64,000 bases of DNA from Somniosus microcephalus. Taxonomy: Eukaryota. Location: positions 258,106,001-258,170,000 of the forward strand of contig CM126207.1 in NCBI GenBank assembly GCA_052327205.1, given 5' to 3'. The position numbers were made by a program, and so were the translations under genes. Position 1 is the stretch's first letter. Every line of letters starts with the position of its first letter. Below are positions 51,111-62,439 of the stretch, one piece after another. A model generated the notes under the pieces. The model saw nothing but the letters and a program-made list of their open reading frames with translations, had not been told where the DNA came from and searched no databases.

Positions 51111-51339
51111 TGACATGAATCTTGTCATTCATGTGGAACTGACTTATGAAATAATACTGGGCGGCCTGCTGGTGGCGCTGTCCATGGAAAGTATAAATAC
51201 TCGGGCATGGGCCCAGCTTGCTCAGGACATTCTTTAACAGGAACCAGTGAAGGACACAACCAGATCTCCATGTTGAAAACCAGTTGATAAAAGCCTTGTT
51301 TAATACTCAGACCAAGTGCCTAGTAGTTTTCTTACGTCA
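51111..51339 (+). mobile_element. Solo LTR A
   Basis: TGACATG...TACGTCA, TATAAATA, 5-bp TSD GTTGC. Confidence 0.85.
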
Positions 51340-51612
51340 GTTGCTATGTGGCACCTGGTGATGAAGTCTCAGTTGTACTTCTGAAGGGAGAGGCCTCTTG
51401 GTGTTGTGTTGGTTGTCATGGGGCGTGGTCCTGGTGCACAGATAGAACCTGGGACTGTTCCAGAGAGGCCTGTTCATTTCAACGTCAGAGCGGAGCTGGA
51501 TTTTTTTCAGGTGAGCTGGCTTCAAGTAAGTATTTATCCGGTTGCTATGGTTTGTTTTGGGAGACAAAGGGCTTGTCTGTGAGTAGAAATCGTGCAGGCT
51601 GCACACAGGGGT

Positions 51613-51839
51613 TGACGTAAGAAAACTACTAGGCACTTGGTCTAAGCGTTAAACAAAGCTTTAATCAACTGTTTTACAACATGAAGGTCTAGTTGTGTCC
51701 TTCACTAGTTCCTGTTAAGAATGTCCTGCGCAAGCTGGGCCCGTGCCCGAGTATTTATACTCTCCCTGGACAGCGCCACCCGCAGGCCACTCAGTATTAT
51801 TTCATAAGTCTTTCTTTCATGAATGACTGATTCATGTCA
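51613..51839 (-). mobile_element. Solo LTR B, same family as A, inverted
   Basis: Reverse complement of 51111-51339. Own 5-bp TSD GGGGT. Confidence 0.85.
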
Positions 51840-52560
51840 GGGGTTAACAGAGGTATTGAACGCTTGCTGAGCTGTGTTAGAAATAGTTGAGCGGTGATGT
51901 TATTTAGCGGATGTTATTTAATGGTTTTAGTGCAGACATGGCATAAAAAATAATGAGATTGCTTTTCCAAAACAATTTTACTGCTGTGCTTTTTGTGGTT
52001 AGGCCCTTGGAGTAGCCAATGGTCTAAACCATCATCCAAAACACGGTGTCTTTTGAACTGCCTCTATTCTCTGTGCAGTAGCGGTTTTGATACTGTCCTG
52101 CCTCACTGAAGAATAACTCCTGGTGATACAGCCACAGTGAGCCACAGCTATGAGAAATCATGGAGCAATCCATTTCCTACCCATTTGCCTTTGTGGCTGG
52201 CAGAGAGAACCTGTGAAAAAGCATAAGTTCAAAGCAGCAGAAACAACTGGATAGGAAAACAAATCTCAAACTGATTTCACACAGAGGAAACCTCTCAAAG
52301 CAAATATTTGGGCACCTCAGCACACAGTCTAAGGGGTGCAGCTGTGTTTCAATAACACAGTTACCACAATAGAGGAGATAATACGAGTAAATGTGCCAAG
52401 TTATCTAAATATAAAAGCTTTATTGATTTGTGTCAAACCATTCAGTGTTTTTCCTTTTTGAAAAAGCAAATCATAGAGTCATAGAGTCATAGAGTTATAC
52501 AGCATGGATAGAGGCCCTTCGGCCCATCGTGTCCGCGCCGGCCATCAAGCCCTGTCTAAT

Positions 52561-55431
52561 CTAATCCCATATTCCAGCATTTGGTCCGTAGCCTTGTATG
52601 CTATGGCATTTCAAGTGCTCATCCAAATGCTTCTTAAATGTTGTGAGGGTTCCTGCCTCCACAACCCTTTCAGGCAGTGAGTTCCAGACTCCAACCACCC
52701 TCTGGGTGAAAAAGTTCTTTCTCAAATCCCCTCTAAACCTCCCGCCCTTTACCTTGAATCTATGCCCCCTAGTTATTGACCCCTCTACTAAGGGAAAAAG
52801 CTCCTCAGCATCCATCCTATCTATGCCCCTCATTATTTTGTACACCTCAATCAGGTCCCCCCTCAGCCTCCTCTGCTCCAAGGAAAACAAACCCAATCTG
52901 CCCAGTCTCTCTTCATAGCTGAAGTGCTCCAGCCCTGGTAACATCCTGGTGAACCTCCTCTGCACCCTCTCTAACGCGATCACATCCTTCCTGTAGTGTG
53001 GCGACCAGAACTGCACACAGTATTCCAGCTGTGGCCTAACCAGTGTTTTATACAGCTCCATCATAACCTCCTTGCTCTTATATTCAATGCCTCGGCTAAT
53101 GAAGGCAAGTATCCCATATGCCTTTTTGACCACCTTATCCACCTGTTCCGCCGCCTTCAGGGATCTGTGTACTTGCACACCCAGATCGCTCTGACCTTCC
53201 GTCTTGCCTAGGGTCTTTCCATTCATTGTGTATTCCCTTGCCTTGTTAGTCCCCCCAAAGTGCATCACCTCGCACTTTTCCGGGTTAAATTCCATCTGCC
53301 ACTGTTCCGCCCATCTGACCAACCCATCTATATCGTCCTGCAGACTGAGGCTACCCTCCTCGCTATTTACCACCCTACCAATTTTTGTATCATCCGCGAA
53401 CTTACTGATCATACCTTTTACATTCATATCCAAGTCATTAATGTAGACCACAAACAGCAAGGGACCCAGCACCGATCCCTGTGGTACCCCACTGGCCACA
53501 GGCTTCCAGTCACAAAAACAACCTTCGACCATCACCCTCTGCCTTCTGCCACTAAGCCAGTTTTGTATCCAATGTGCCAAGGCACCCTGGATTCCATGGG
53601 CTCTTACCTTCTTGACCAGTCTCCTGTGCGGGACTTTATCGAAGGCCTTACTGAAATCCATGTATACCACATCCACTGCGTTACCCTCATCCACACACCT
53701 AGTCACCCCCTCAAAAAATTCAATCAAATTAGTCAGACATGATCTTCCCTTGACAAAGCCATGTTGACTATCCCTGATTAATCCTTGCCTCTCCAAGTGG
53801 AGACAAATTTTGTCCCTCAGAATTTTTTCCAATAATTTTCCTACCACTGATGTTAGGCTCACTGGCCTGTAGTTCCCCGGTTTTTCCCTACTTCCCTTCT
53901 TGAATAATGGTACTACATTAGCGGTTCTCCAGTCCTCTGGCACATCCCCTGTGGCCAGAGAGGTCCTGAATATATGTGTTAGAGCCCCCGCAATCTCTTC
54001 CTTTGCCTCACACAGCAGCCTGGGATACATTTCATCCGGGCCTGGGGATTTATCCATTTTTAGGCCAGCTAAAACCGCCAATACCTCCTCCCTCTCGATG
54101 TTAATATGTTCGAGCATATCACAGTCCCCCCGCCCTATTTCTATGTCTACATCGCCCTTCTCCATAGTGAAAACAGATGCAAAATATTCATTTAGAACCC
54201 ATCCTACATCTTCCGGCTCCACACACAGATTGCCACTTTTGTCCCTAATGGGCCCTATTTTTTCCCTAGTTATCCTCTTACCCTTAATATACTTATAAAA
54301 CATCTTAGGATTTTCCTTTATTTTGCTCGCCAGTGTTATTTCATGGCCCCTCCTTGATCTCCTAATTTCTTTTTTAAGTATCCCCCTGCACTTTTTGTAC
54401 TCCTCTAGGGCTTCCTCCGTCTTTAGCCTTTTGTATCTACCAAAAGCCCTCCTTTTTTTCCTAATCCATTCTCGTATATCCCCTGACATCCAAGGTTCCC
54501 TGTGGTTTTTGGAACCACTCTTGACCTTTATGGGAACATGTTGCCATTGTATGATCTCACTCTCCCTTCTGAAAGCCTCCCATTGCTCCGATGCGGATTT
54601 TCCTACAAGTAGCTGATCCCAGTCCATTTTGGCCAGATCCTGCCTTATCCTATTAAAATCGGCCTTCCCCCAATTTAGAACCTTTTTTTCCGGCCCATCC
54701 CTGTCCTTTTCCATGACCACCTTAAATCTTACCATATTATGGTCACTATCACCAAAGTGCTCACCTACTAGCACTTTTTCCACTTGGCCGGCCACATTCC
54801 CTAGAATTAGGTCCAGTACCGCCCCCTCTCTTGTAGGACTTTCTACATGCTGGCTCAAAAAGCTCTCCTGGATGCACTTTAAGAATTCTACACCCTCTGA
54901 GCCTTTCACACTCTGACTATCCCAGTTAATATTGGGGAAGTTGAAATCCCCCATTATTATTACCCTATTATTTGCACATTTCTCTGAGATTTGCCTACAT
55001 ATCTGTTCCTCTATCTCCCCCTGACTGTTTGGAGGCCTATAGTACACTCCCAGCAAAGTGCTTGCCCCCTTTTTGTTTTTAAGCTCCACCCATATGGCCT
55101 CATTAGAGGAACCTGCTAATATATCATCCCTCCTTACTGCAGTAATTGACTCCTTAATTAATATTGCGACACCCCCTCCTCTTATACCTCCCCCTCTGTC
55201 TCGCCTGAAGATTCTGTACCCCGGAATATTGAGCTGCCAGTCTTGCCCCTCCCTCAACCATGTCTCCGTGATAGCAACAATATCATACTCCCATGTGTTT
55301 ATCAACACCTTCAGTTCATCCACCTTATTTGCAAGACTCCTTGCATTAAAATAGATGCCATCCAGCCTTGCCCTTATATATTTGCCCTGTCTACCAAGCT
55401 GACTTGTTTTTTTCTCTATAATTGGCAGCAC
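52561..55431 (-). CDS. CR1 ORF2: AP endonuclease plus reverse transcriptase, uninterrupted (956 aa)
   Basis: [50 protein letters not shown]. Confidence 0.95.
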   Translation of the reverse strand: MLPIIEKKTSQLGRQGKYIRARLDGIYFNARSLANKVDELKVLINTWEYDIVAITETWLREGQDWQLNIPGYRIFRRDRGGGIRGGGVAILIKESITAVRRDDILAGSSNEAIWVELKNKKGASTLLGVYYRPPNSQGEIEEQICRQISEKCANNRVIIMGDFNFPNINWDSQSVKGSEGVEFLKCIQESFLSQHVESPTREGAVLDLILGNVAGQVEKVLVGEHFGDSDHNMVRFKVVMEKDRDGPEKKVLNWGKADFNRIRQDLAKMDWDQLLVGKSASEQWEAFRRESEIIQWQHVPIKVKSGSKNHREPWMSGDIREWIRKKRRAFGRYKRLKTEEALEEYKKCRGILKKEIRRSRRGHEITLASKIKENPKMFYKYIKGKRITREKIGPIRDKSGNLCVEPEDVGWVLNEYFASVFTMEKGDVDIEIGRGDCDMLEHINIEREEVLAVLAGLKMDKSPGPDEMYPRLLCEAKEEIAGALTHIFRTSLATGDVPEDWRTANVVPLFKKGSREKPGNYRPVSLTSVVGKLLEKILRDKICLHLERQGLIRDSQHGFVKGRSCLTNLIEFFEGVTRCVDEGNAVDVVYMDFSKAFDKVPHRRLVKKVRAHGIQGALAHWIQNWLSGRRQRVMVEGCFCDWKPVASGVPQGSVLGPLLFVVYINDLDMNVKGMISKFADDTKIGRVVNSEEGSLSLQDDIDGLVRWAEQWQMEFNPEKCEVMHFGGTNKAREYTMNGKTLGKTEGQSDLGVQVHRSLKAAEQVDKVVKKAYGILAFISRGIEYKSKEVMMELYKTLVRPQLEYCVQFWSPHYRKDVIALERVQRRFTRMLPGLEHFSYEERLGRLGLFSLEQRRLRGDLIEVYKIMRGIDRMDAEELFPLVEGSITRGHRFKVKGGRFRGDLRKNFFTQRVVGVWNSLPERVVEAGTLTTFKKHLDEHLKCHSIQGYGPNAGIWD

Positions 55432-55478
55432 ATCACCCCCTATTTCAGCTCCCCTCTGTATCCCATCCCCCTGCCAAG

Positions 55479-56416
55479 TTAGTTTAAACCCCCCCCAACA
55501 GTGCTAGCAAACCTCCCCGCAAGGATATTTGTCCCGCTCTGGTTCAGGTGCAACCCGTCCGACTTGTACAAGTCCCACCTTTCCCAGAAGCAGGCCCAGT
55601 GATCCAGGAAAGTAAAACCCTCCCCCCTACACCAACTCTTTAGCCACGCATTCATCTGCTCTATCCTCCCATTCCTATACTTACTAGCACGTGGCACTGG
55701 GAGTAATCCAGAGATTACAACCTTCGAGGTCCTGCTTTTTAATCTGTTACCTAGCTCCCTAAATTCTTGATGCAGGACCTCATCCCCCTTCCTTCCTATG
55801 TCGTTGGTCCCAATGTGGACCACGACCTCTGCCTGCTCACCCTCCCCCTTAAGAATGCCCTGTAGCCGCTCAGTGACATCCCAGACCCTGGCCCCAGGGA
55901 GGCAACAAAACATCCTGGAGTCACGTTTGCGGCCACAGAAACGCCTATCTGTTCCCCTTACGATAGAATCCCCTACCACTATTGCTCTCCCACTCTTTTT
56001 CCTCCCTTCCTGAGCAGCAGAAGCGTCCTGGTGCCAGGAAGCTGGCTGCTGCTGCCTTCCCCTGGTGAGTCATCCCCCTCAACAGTATCCAACTTGGTAT
56101 ACCTGTTTGAAAGGGGGATGTCCGCAGGGGTTCCCTGCACTTCCTGCCTGCCTCTGTTGCTCCACCTGATGGTCACCCCCTGTGCGGCCCTACCCTGAGG
56201 CATGAACAACTCGCTAAACGTGCTATCCACGACCCTCTCAGCATCGCGCATGCTCCAAAATTCATCCACCCGCAGCTCGAGCGCCGCAATGCGGTCTACA
56301 AGTAGCTGCAGCTGGATGCATTTCCCGCACACATGGTCGTCAGGGACACTGGCAGCGTCCCTGACTTCCCACATGGAGCAAGAGGAGCAGAACACGGGTC
56401 TGAACTCTCCTGCCAT
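55479..56416 (-). pseudogene. CR1 ORF1 (zinc finger/leucine zipper plus SGNH esterase) with one frameshift near 56000-56030
   Basis: CSSC...CGKC and zipper in 55979-56416. GDS, GTND and DGLH in 55479-55979, in a different frame. Confidence 0.88.
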
Positions 56417-56648
56417 GACTTCTTTAATTAATTAAAAAATTTATTCAATACCCCAGTTACAGGTATACTCTAGGGCGCTTTATTTACCAACTGTCCCCAC
56501 TACACCAGAGACCCTAGAAATTTAACACCACAGAAGTCAAGCTTGTATTGAAAAGAGAGAAATACTCACCAACCAATCACTTACCTGCTCCCTGGTGACG
56601 TCACACTCTGATTACTTTTTACCTCTCTCCCCGCTGCTGAGTTGGTAA

Positions 56649-57127
56649 GCCTCGCTGCTCTCCGGTTTTTATACCGGGCTCCTCACCTCCCAGGCTCCGT
56701 GCTCCGACTGCTCTCGGGCCTCGCTGCTCTCCGGTTTTTATACTGGGCTCCTCACCTCCCAGGCTCCGTGCTCCGACTGCTCTCGGGCCTCGCTGCTCTC
56801 CGGTTTTTATACCGAGCTCCTCACCTCCCAGGCTCCGTGCTCCGACTGCTCTTGGGCCTCGCTGCTCTCCGGTTTTTATACCGGGCTCCTCACCTCCCAG
56901 GCTCCGTGCTCCGACTGCTCTCGGGCCTCGCTGCTCTCCGGTTTTTATACCAGGCTCCTCACCTCCCAGGCTCCGTGCTCCAACTGCTCTCGGGCCTCGC
57001 TGCTCTCCGGTTTTTATACCGGGCTCCTCACCTCCCAGGCTCCGTGCTCTGACTGCTCTCGGGCCTCGCTGCTCTCCGGTTTTTATACCGGGCTCCTCAC
57101 CTCCCAGGCTCCGTGCTCCGACTGCTC
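56649..57127 (-). repeat. About 7 tandem 69-bp monomers forming the CR1 5' end, each with TATAAAAA on the element sense strand
   Basis: Unit GCCTCGCTGCTCTCCGGTTTTTATACCGGGCTCCTCACCTCCCAGGCTCCGTGCTCCGACTGCTCTCGG with few differences between copies. Confidence 0.95.
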
Positions 57128-57824
57128 ATTTTAATATAAGCTCTGTGTTTTATGTGCAAAACATACATCAGCTTTTGTTTTGCTCCCTCTCGTTTCCTCC
57201 CCTCTTTTCCTGAAGGTGCCAGTTCACACCCAAACACAGTGGCACAGGCTGTAGCCACTGTCTGGTGCTTGCCACGGTGAGCATTCTTCATGGGTGAGCC
57301 CAGACAGAGGGCGTTGGCAGACTACTCAAATGCGAAGGGATCACCGCCAACTCGATCCTGTCCTCTCCCGAAGTCCACGGGTGCACTTTCCGGCAGGAGT
57401 CACCAGATAGCTGTCAGGAGCGGGAACCCTGGCTGACTCTTCCCCTCGCTACCCCCTATATTGCTGAGGCCATTTGTAGCAGCACTCGGGCTGAGGTTCG
57501 CTAACCCAACACAAACTGGACATTGAACCTTGTCTGTGGGGCACACTTCCACACTGGGCACCAACTGACACAGCCAGTCAATTTTTACATGTAAAACAAT
57601 AATCAGTGATGGGGATCCTTTACCCCATTAAAATATTCTATGATTACCTATGTAAGTTCCAAAATCCAATTTATGAATAATAGGAATGGATAAAATCAAA
57701 AAGATTAAATCTACTTTTGCAATACGCAGTTGGCTGCTAATTAATGAGTCGAACCTTCACTTCTGTCGATATCAACTATGGATTAATAACATACAGCACA
57801 CCATTTGTGGAGTACAGCATTATT

Positions 57825-58551
57825 GGGGCAGTAATTCCTCCCCAAACGTGTGAGTACCGCACGCGTCTGTCCGGAGGAAATGCCGGTTTTCAGCATGCAC
57901 AGCGCATGCGCTGAAAACCGGCATTTCCTCTCTTCTAACCCAAGAGGTGAAGAGGCTAGCGCGTGCGCTGTAGGGGGCAGCGCGTGCGTCTTGGATTTCC
58001 TCTGTTTTGGGGGATTTGCGCATGTGTAAAGCACACGTAAGTATTTATTTTTATAGGTAAGTGGTGTTTTAGTGCAATTTAGAAAAAAAATTTCCACAGG
58101 TTTATTATTTTAAAGAATCTACAATAAGGTAAGTTTAGTTTTAGACCCTTTTTATTAAAAATTTATTTTTTTCAAAAAAAAAATTATTGTTTAAATTATT
58201 TTTTTAAACTTATTTATACTTAATTTAATGATTGGGATGTTTTTTAAAATGTTATTTAAAGTTTAAGTAGTGTTTTGGGGTACAGTACTTCTCATGAGTT
58301 TGACAGTTCTTACTCTCAAACTTATGAATGAAGTTTCCCCTCCCCTGATTGGCTGAACAGTGCTCACCTGATCCCAGCCAGCACATCGCACTAACTACGC
58401 CACTGGGTCAGGTTAGCACAACGCGCCGACATCTGAACCGGGCCACTGACAGGAAATCCACTGCGGGCCAGGTTTCAGATGTCGGCGCGCCGGGTAAGTG
58501 CACATCAGGGGCTTGCACGCGCGGCAAGCCCCCGACACCAAGTTCTGGGCC
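57825..58551. mobile_element. MITE-like element with GC-rich arms, AT-rich core and internal hairpin
   Basis: GGGGCAGTAATT left end. Hairpin at 57874-57930. Right end uncertain. Confidence 0.5.
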
Positions 58552-58582
58552 ATTATGGCACTGTTATATACTGCAGTATCTT

Positions 58583-59070
58583 TGACAGCACCTCCGAAAC
58601 CCGTGACCTCTACTGCCTAGAAGGACAAGAAATCATTCAAGGCATGCTGGCCTCCCAGCCTGAACATTTGATATGAGCTCCTGTTGCGCAAGGTCCTTAA
58701 CGTTAAAGCTTTGCAACACTGAGTTGGCAGTATAACTCGGGTCTACCAGCTCCACATCACTCTAAGCAGGTAATTTTTAAATTATTATTCATGGGATGAG
58801 GGCGTCGTTGGCAGGCACATGGGAAGACCATCACCTCCAAGTTCCCCTCCAAGTTACAAACCGTTCCTGACTTGGAAATACATCACCGATCCTTCATCGT
58901 CGCTGGGTCAAAATCCTGGCAGTCCATCCCTAACAGCACTGTGGGAGTACCTTCACCACACGGACTGCAGTGGTTCAAGGCGACGGCTCACCAACACCTT
59001 CTCAAGGGCAATTAGGGATGGGCAATAAACGCTGGCCTTGCCAGCGACGCCCACATCCCGCGCATGAATA
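58583..59070 (+). mobile_element. LINE 3' end (family of 25305-25615) containing an inverted templated insertion
   Basis: Colinear with 25305-25615 except for the extra 58630-58811. Confidence 0.75.
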
Positions 59071-59503
59071 ATAAAAAAATACCTGCTTAGAGTGATGTGG
59101 AGCTGGGAGATCCGAGTTATACTGCCAACGTAGTGTTGCAAAGCTTTAATGTTAAGGACCTTGCGCAACAGGAGCTCGTCTCAAATGCTCAGGCTGGGAG
59201 GTCAGCATGTTTTGAATGATTTTCTGTCCAGCGAATTTGTAACATTTGACCTTTATTGCCACTTCCTTTCATGTTGAGTACGTTTGCTAAAACAAATTGT
59301 TATCATTGATTCATCTTAACATGTTGTTTCCAGCATTAAAAGACGTTGTTTAATTAAGCTAACCTTTGTTGCAGTATGACCCATGTGGGATTGGTGGCTG
59401 TGGGGTTGAAATTGCACTAAGCCGGGTTAACACCCCTATTGCAGCAGATAACATTCTATCTAATTGCTCATTCCTCATATCACGCATATTGTCCTATTCT
59501 GAA

Positions 59504-59672
59504 ATAAAAACAGAAAATGCTGGAAATACTCAGCAGGTCAGTTCTGACGAAGGGTCATTGACCGGAAATGTTAACTCTGTTTCTCTCTCCACAGATGCTG
59601 CCTGACCTGCTGAGTATTTCCAGCATTTTCTGTTTTTATTTCAGATTTCCAGCATCTGCAGTATTTTGCTTT
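59504..59672 (+). mobile_element. Mini Penelope-derived element with 43-bp perfect inverted arms
   Basis: 59499-59541 is the reverse complement of 59602-59644. 14-bp TSD TGTCCT(A/G)TTCTGAA. Confidence 0.82.
59541..59577 (+). ncRNA. Minimal hammerhead ribozyme core (Penelope-type), probably decayed
   Basis: GTT-CTGACGA-stem II GGTCA/TGACC-GAAA-TGTT-AAC. GAAAT in place of GAAAC is consistent with CpG decay. Confidence 0.6.
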
Positions 59673-60044
59673 TGTCCTGTTCTGAATTGGCTGTTTAATT
59701 AGTACTTGAATTTTAAAATAAGATACAATATCTGAGCCTAATTGTTCAAATTCCAGGCTGGCAACAAGTTACCTCACCCAGCGTGTATCAGAAAAATCAC
59801 ACCAATTGAAATCAATAGACAGGAAACCACAACAGTTCACTTGTGAGTTTTCCAGTGTGTGCTGTTGATGGCTGAGGTCACTTACCACTAACCTGGACTC
59901 AGAAAATTAACCTTGTAGCACATCCTTTTTGGAGAACAAAAAGCAAGTTAATACAACTATTAACAGGCTAAATAACACAATGGAGTGGATGTATTTTACC
60001 TGGAGCAGCAGAACAATGTACACCCAAATACATCAACTGAAGTA

Positions 60045-60367
60045 CAGGAAACTTTCGATTTACCGGCACCTAAATAACCGGAAATCTCGGTTAACCGGCA
60101 AAATTCAGGAGTAGGTTTTATTTCATATTGACTTGCGTTCCTCCATCTGTTGCTGTGCAAGGGTGTGGCTGCAGCTGTTGCTAAGCTACAGAGACGCTTG
60201 CAACTTTTGGCAATTGTTCTGAACTTGTTGCTAAGCAACAGGGTTTGTTGCTTTATATGGTGCTGTCAGCTCTCCGTATCTTTTACTATAGCGCTCGGTT
60301 ATCCGGAATTTTTGATGAACCGGCACCACGTCGGTCCCGTCGGTGCCGGATAAAAAAAAGTTTCCTG
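60045..60367. mobile_element. Tc1/mariner-pogo (Tigger-like) MITE
   Basis: TA TSD. Termini shared with 14067-14335. Confidence 0.8.
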
Positions 60368-60525
60368 TATATCTTTTCCCGTTCTAAATTATAGGGAAAG
60401 AGCAGGGAAATAGGATTCACGTAAATATTCTGGTGTGGGGTTAGAACTGGCACAGTTCTAATGGGCTGAATGGCCTGCTTCTGGGCTGAGATTTCTAAGT
60501 TCCTGTTACCACAAGTAAATGATGC

Positions 60526-61250
60526 TTTGGAACAGAGGAGGCTGAGGGGCGACCTAATTGAGGTGTATAAAATTATGAGGGGTCTAGATAGAGTGGATAG
60601 GAAGGACCTATTTCCCTTAGCTGAGCGGTCAATAACCAGGGGGCATAGATTTAAAGTAATTGGTCGGAGGTTTAGAGGGAATTTGAGGAGAAATCTTTTC
60701 ACCCAGAGGGTGGTAGGGGTCTGGAACTCACTGCCTGAAAGGGTGGTAGAGGCAGAGACCCTCACATTTAAAAAGTACTTGGATGTGCACTTAAAGTGCC
60801 ATAAGCAGCACGGTGGCATAGTGGTTAGCACTGTTGCCTCACAGCGCCAGGGACCCGGGTTCGAATCCGGCCTCGGGTGACTGTCTGTGTGGAGTTCCTC
60901 CGGGTGCTCCGGTTTCCTCCCACAGTCCAAAGATGTGTGGGTTAGGATGATTGGCTATGATAAATTGACCCTTAGTGTTAGGGGGATTAAATACGTGGGG
61001 TTACGGGGATAGGGTGGGATATGTGTTGGTGTAGGGGTTACGGGGATCGGGTGGGATATGTGTCGGTGCAGGCTCGATGGGCCGAAATGGCCTCTATCTG
61101 CACAGTGCGGTTTCTGTGATTCTGTGAACCTACAAGGCTACGGACCAAGTGCTGGAAAGTGGGATTAGGGTGGATAGCTCTTTGTCGGCCAGCACAGACA
61201 AGATGGGCCAAATGGCCTCCTTCTGTGCTGTAAATTTTGACGATTCTATG
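60526..61250 (+). mobile_element. CR1 3' fragment interrupted by an HE1-like SINE
   Basis: LEQRRLRGDLIEVYKI...LKCH, resuming ACCTACAAGGCTACGG after the SINE. Confidence 0.88.
60806..61127 (+). mobile_element. HE1-like V-SINE with a small internal deletion
   Basis: Near identical to 19113-19458. Confidence 0.9.
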
Positions 61251-62439
61251 AAAGGGCTTTGCTCTGCACCCAAGATGGCAACCTGGTAGCGGACACCTAG
61301 AAACTACTGTCAGCATTGTTAGCAAACACTTAACATGTTCCTGTGACACCTTGAGATGCAATTTTAATGGAAGCCTTAACCTAATTAACAATTTAATTAG
61401 GATAATGGACAGGGGATCATTATACAAATGAGTTAATTTTTCATTGACAGTCATTTCTAGCCTATAGGAATAAGCAGATCCGACCTAGTTTACGCCACAG
61501 TGCACAATATATGTCCCTGTAATGTGATACGGAAGAAAGACCAGCATTACCACAGTACCAGTTACATCAAAATGTAAATCTTCCGATCCTTTTTGCCCCA
61601 TTCTGCATCTTTTTTTTTTCAGAGCAAAAGGTATAACTTAATAAAGCTACAAACAGGTTAAATAGCGCAATGGTTGTATTCTACCTAGCGCAGCAGACCA
61701 GGTACCTTCAAATACACCAACCATTTTACAGTTCTAAATTTTAGAGACAGAAATTTGTCGCACTCTGACATAATCTCTAGCGCGCTCAGCGCACTTGCCA
61801 GGTAACAGTTAAAATATCATTTTTATTAATAAATTTTAGAATGTGTGTTACAAAGAACAACAAATACCAGACTGCTGGTTTAAGGCAGCAGTTGAACTTT
61901 AGGTGTTCTGTTAATGTTCTGAAATTGCTTGAGCTTTGCTTCCATGGTTTATGATGCTATCAAAACTACCCGACTGAATTATTGCCTTGTAACTCACTAG
62001 TCAGTTATTATCCATATGTAATTATAGATTTGACATGGTATTTGAAGACTATTTCCTTTATATAATAAAACCTGTATTTCTGGGCACGTTGAATAATGCC
62101 CCAGTTGTGTTGGACTAAGTGGTGCAATTCTTGAAGCATTTCTGAGAATGATTTGTGTGGGCTGCAGTAATTATGTTGCTGACTTGCATCACTCAGAGAA
62201 TCATAGAATTCCACACCTGTGCACTGAAACATTTGCAGAGCGCTCCTTCCTGGTCTCTGATTGCTGGCGGAATGTGTAGCGTCAGAACTAAGCTGAAAGG
62301 GCGATTCAGCATTTTCCGATCATTAGAAACTTGAAGTCTGTGCGTCAGGGCCCTACAGTTCCTTTGAAATTACATTGAGAAGGTTGATCCCACACCAGAT
62401 GCAGCGTACATAGTAGCAAGGGTGCAGGGCTCACTGCTG

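Larger units (their letters stand above)
52471..57127 (-). mobile_element. Near full-length CR1 LINE
   Basis: 5' tandem array, ORF1, ORF2, 3' (TATGACTC)n tail. Confidence 0.95.

Noticed and set aside
51111-51839. Single DNA transposon with 230-bp TIRs
   Set aside because: The outer flanks do not match each other, and each arm has its own 5-bp TSD and LTR features.
56642-57052. 136-aa ORF with 23-aa repeats, or a CRISPR-like array
   Set aside because: It is the antisense translation of the 69-bp tandem monomers. There are no unique spacers and the context is eukaryotic.
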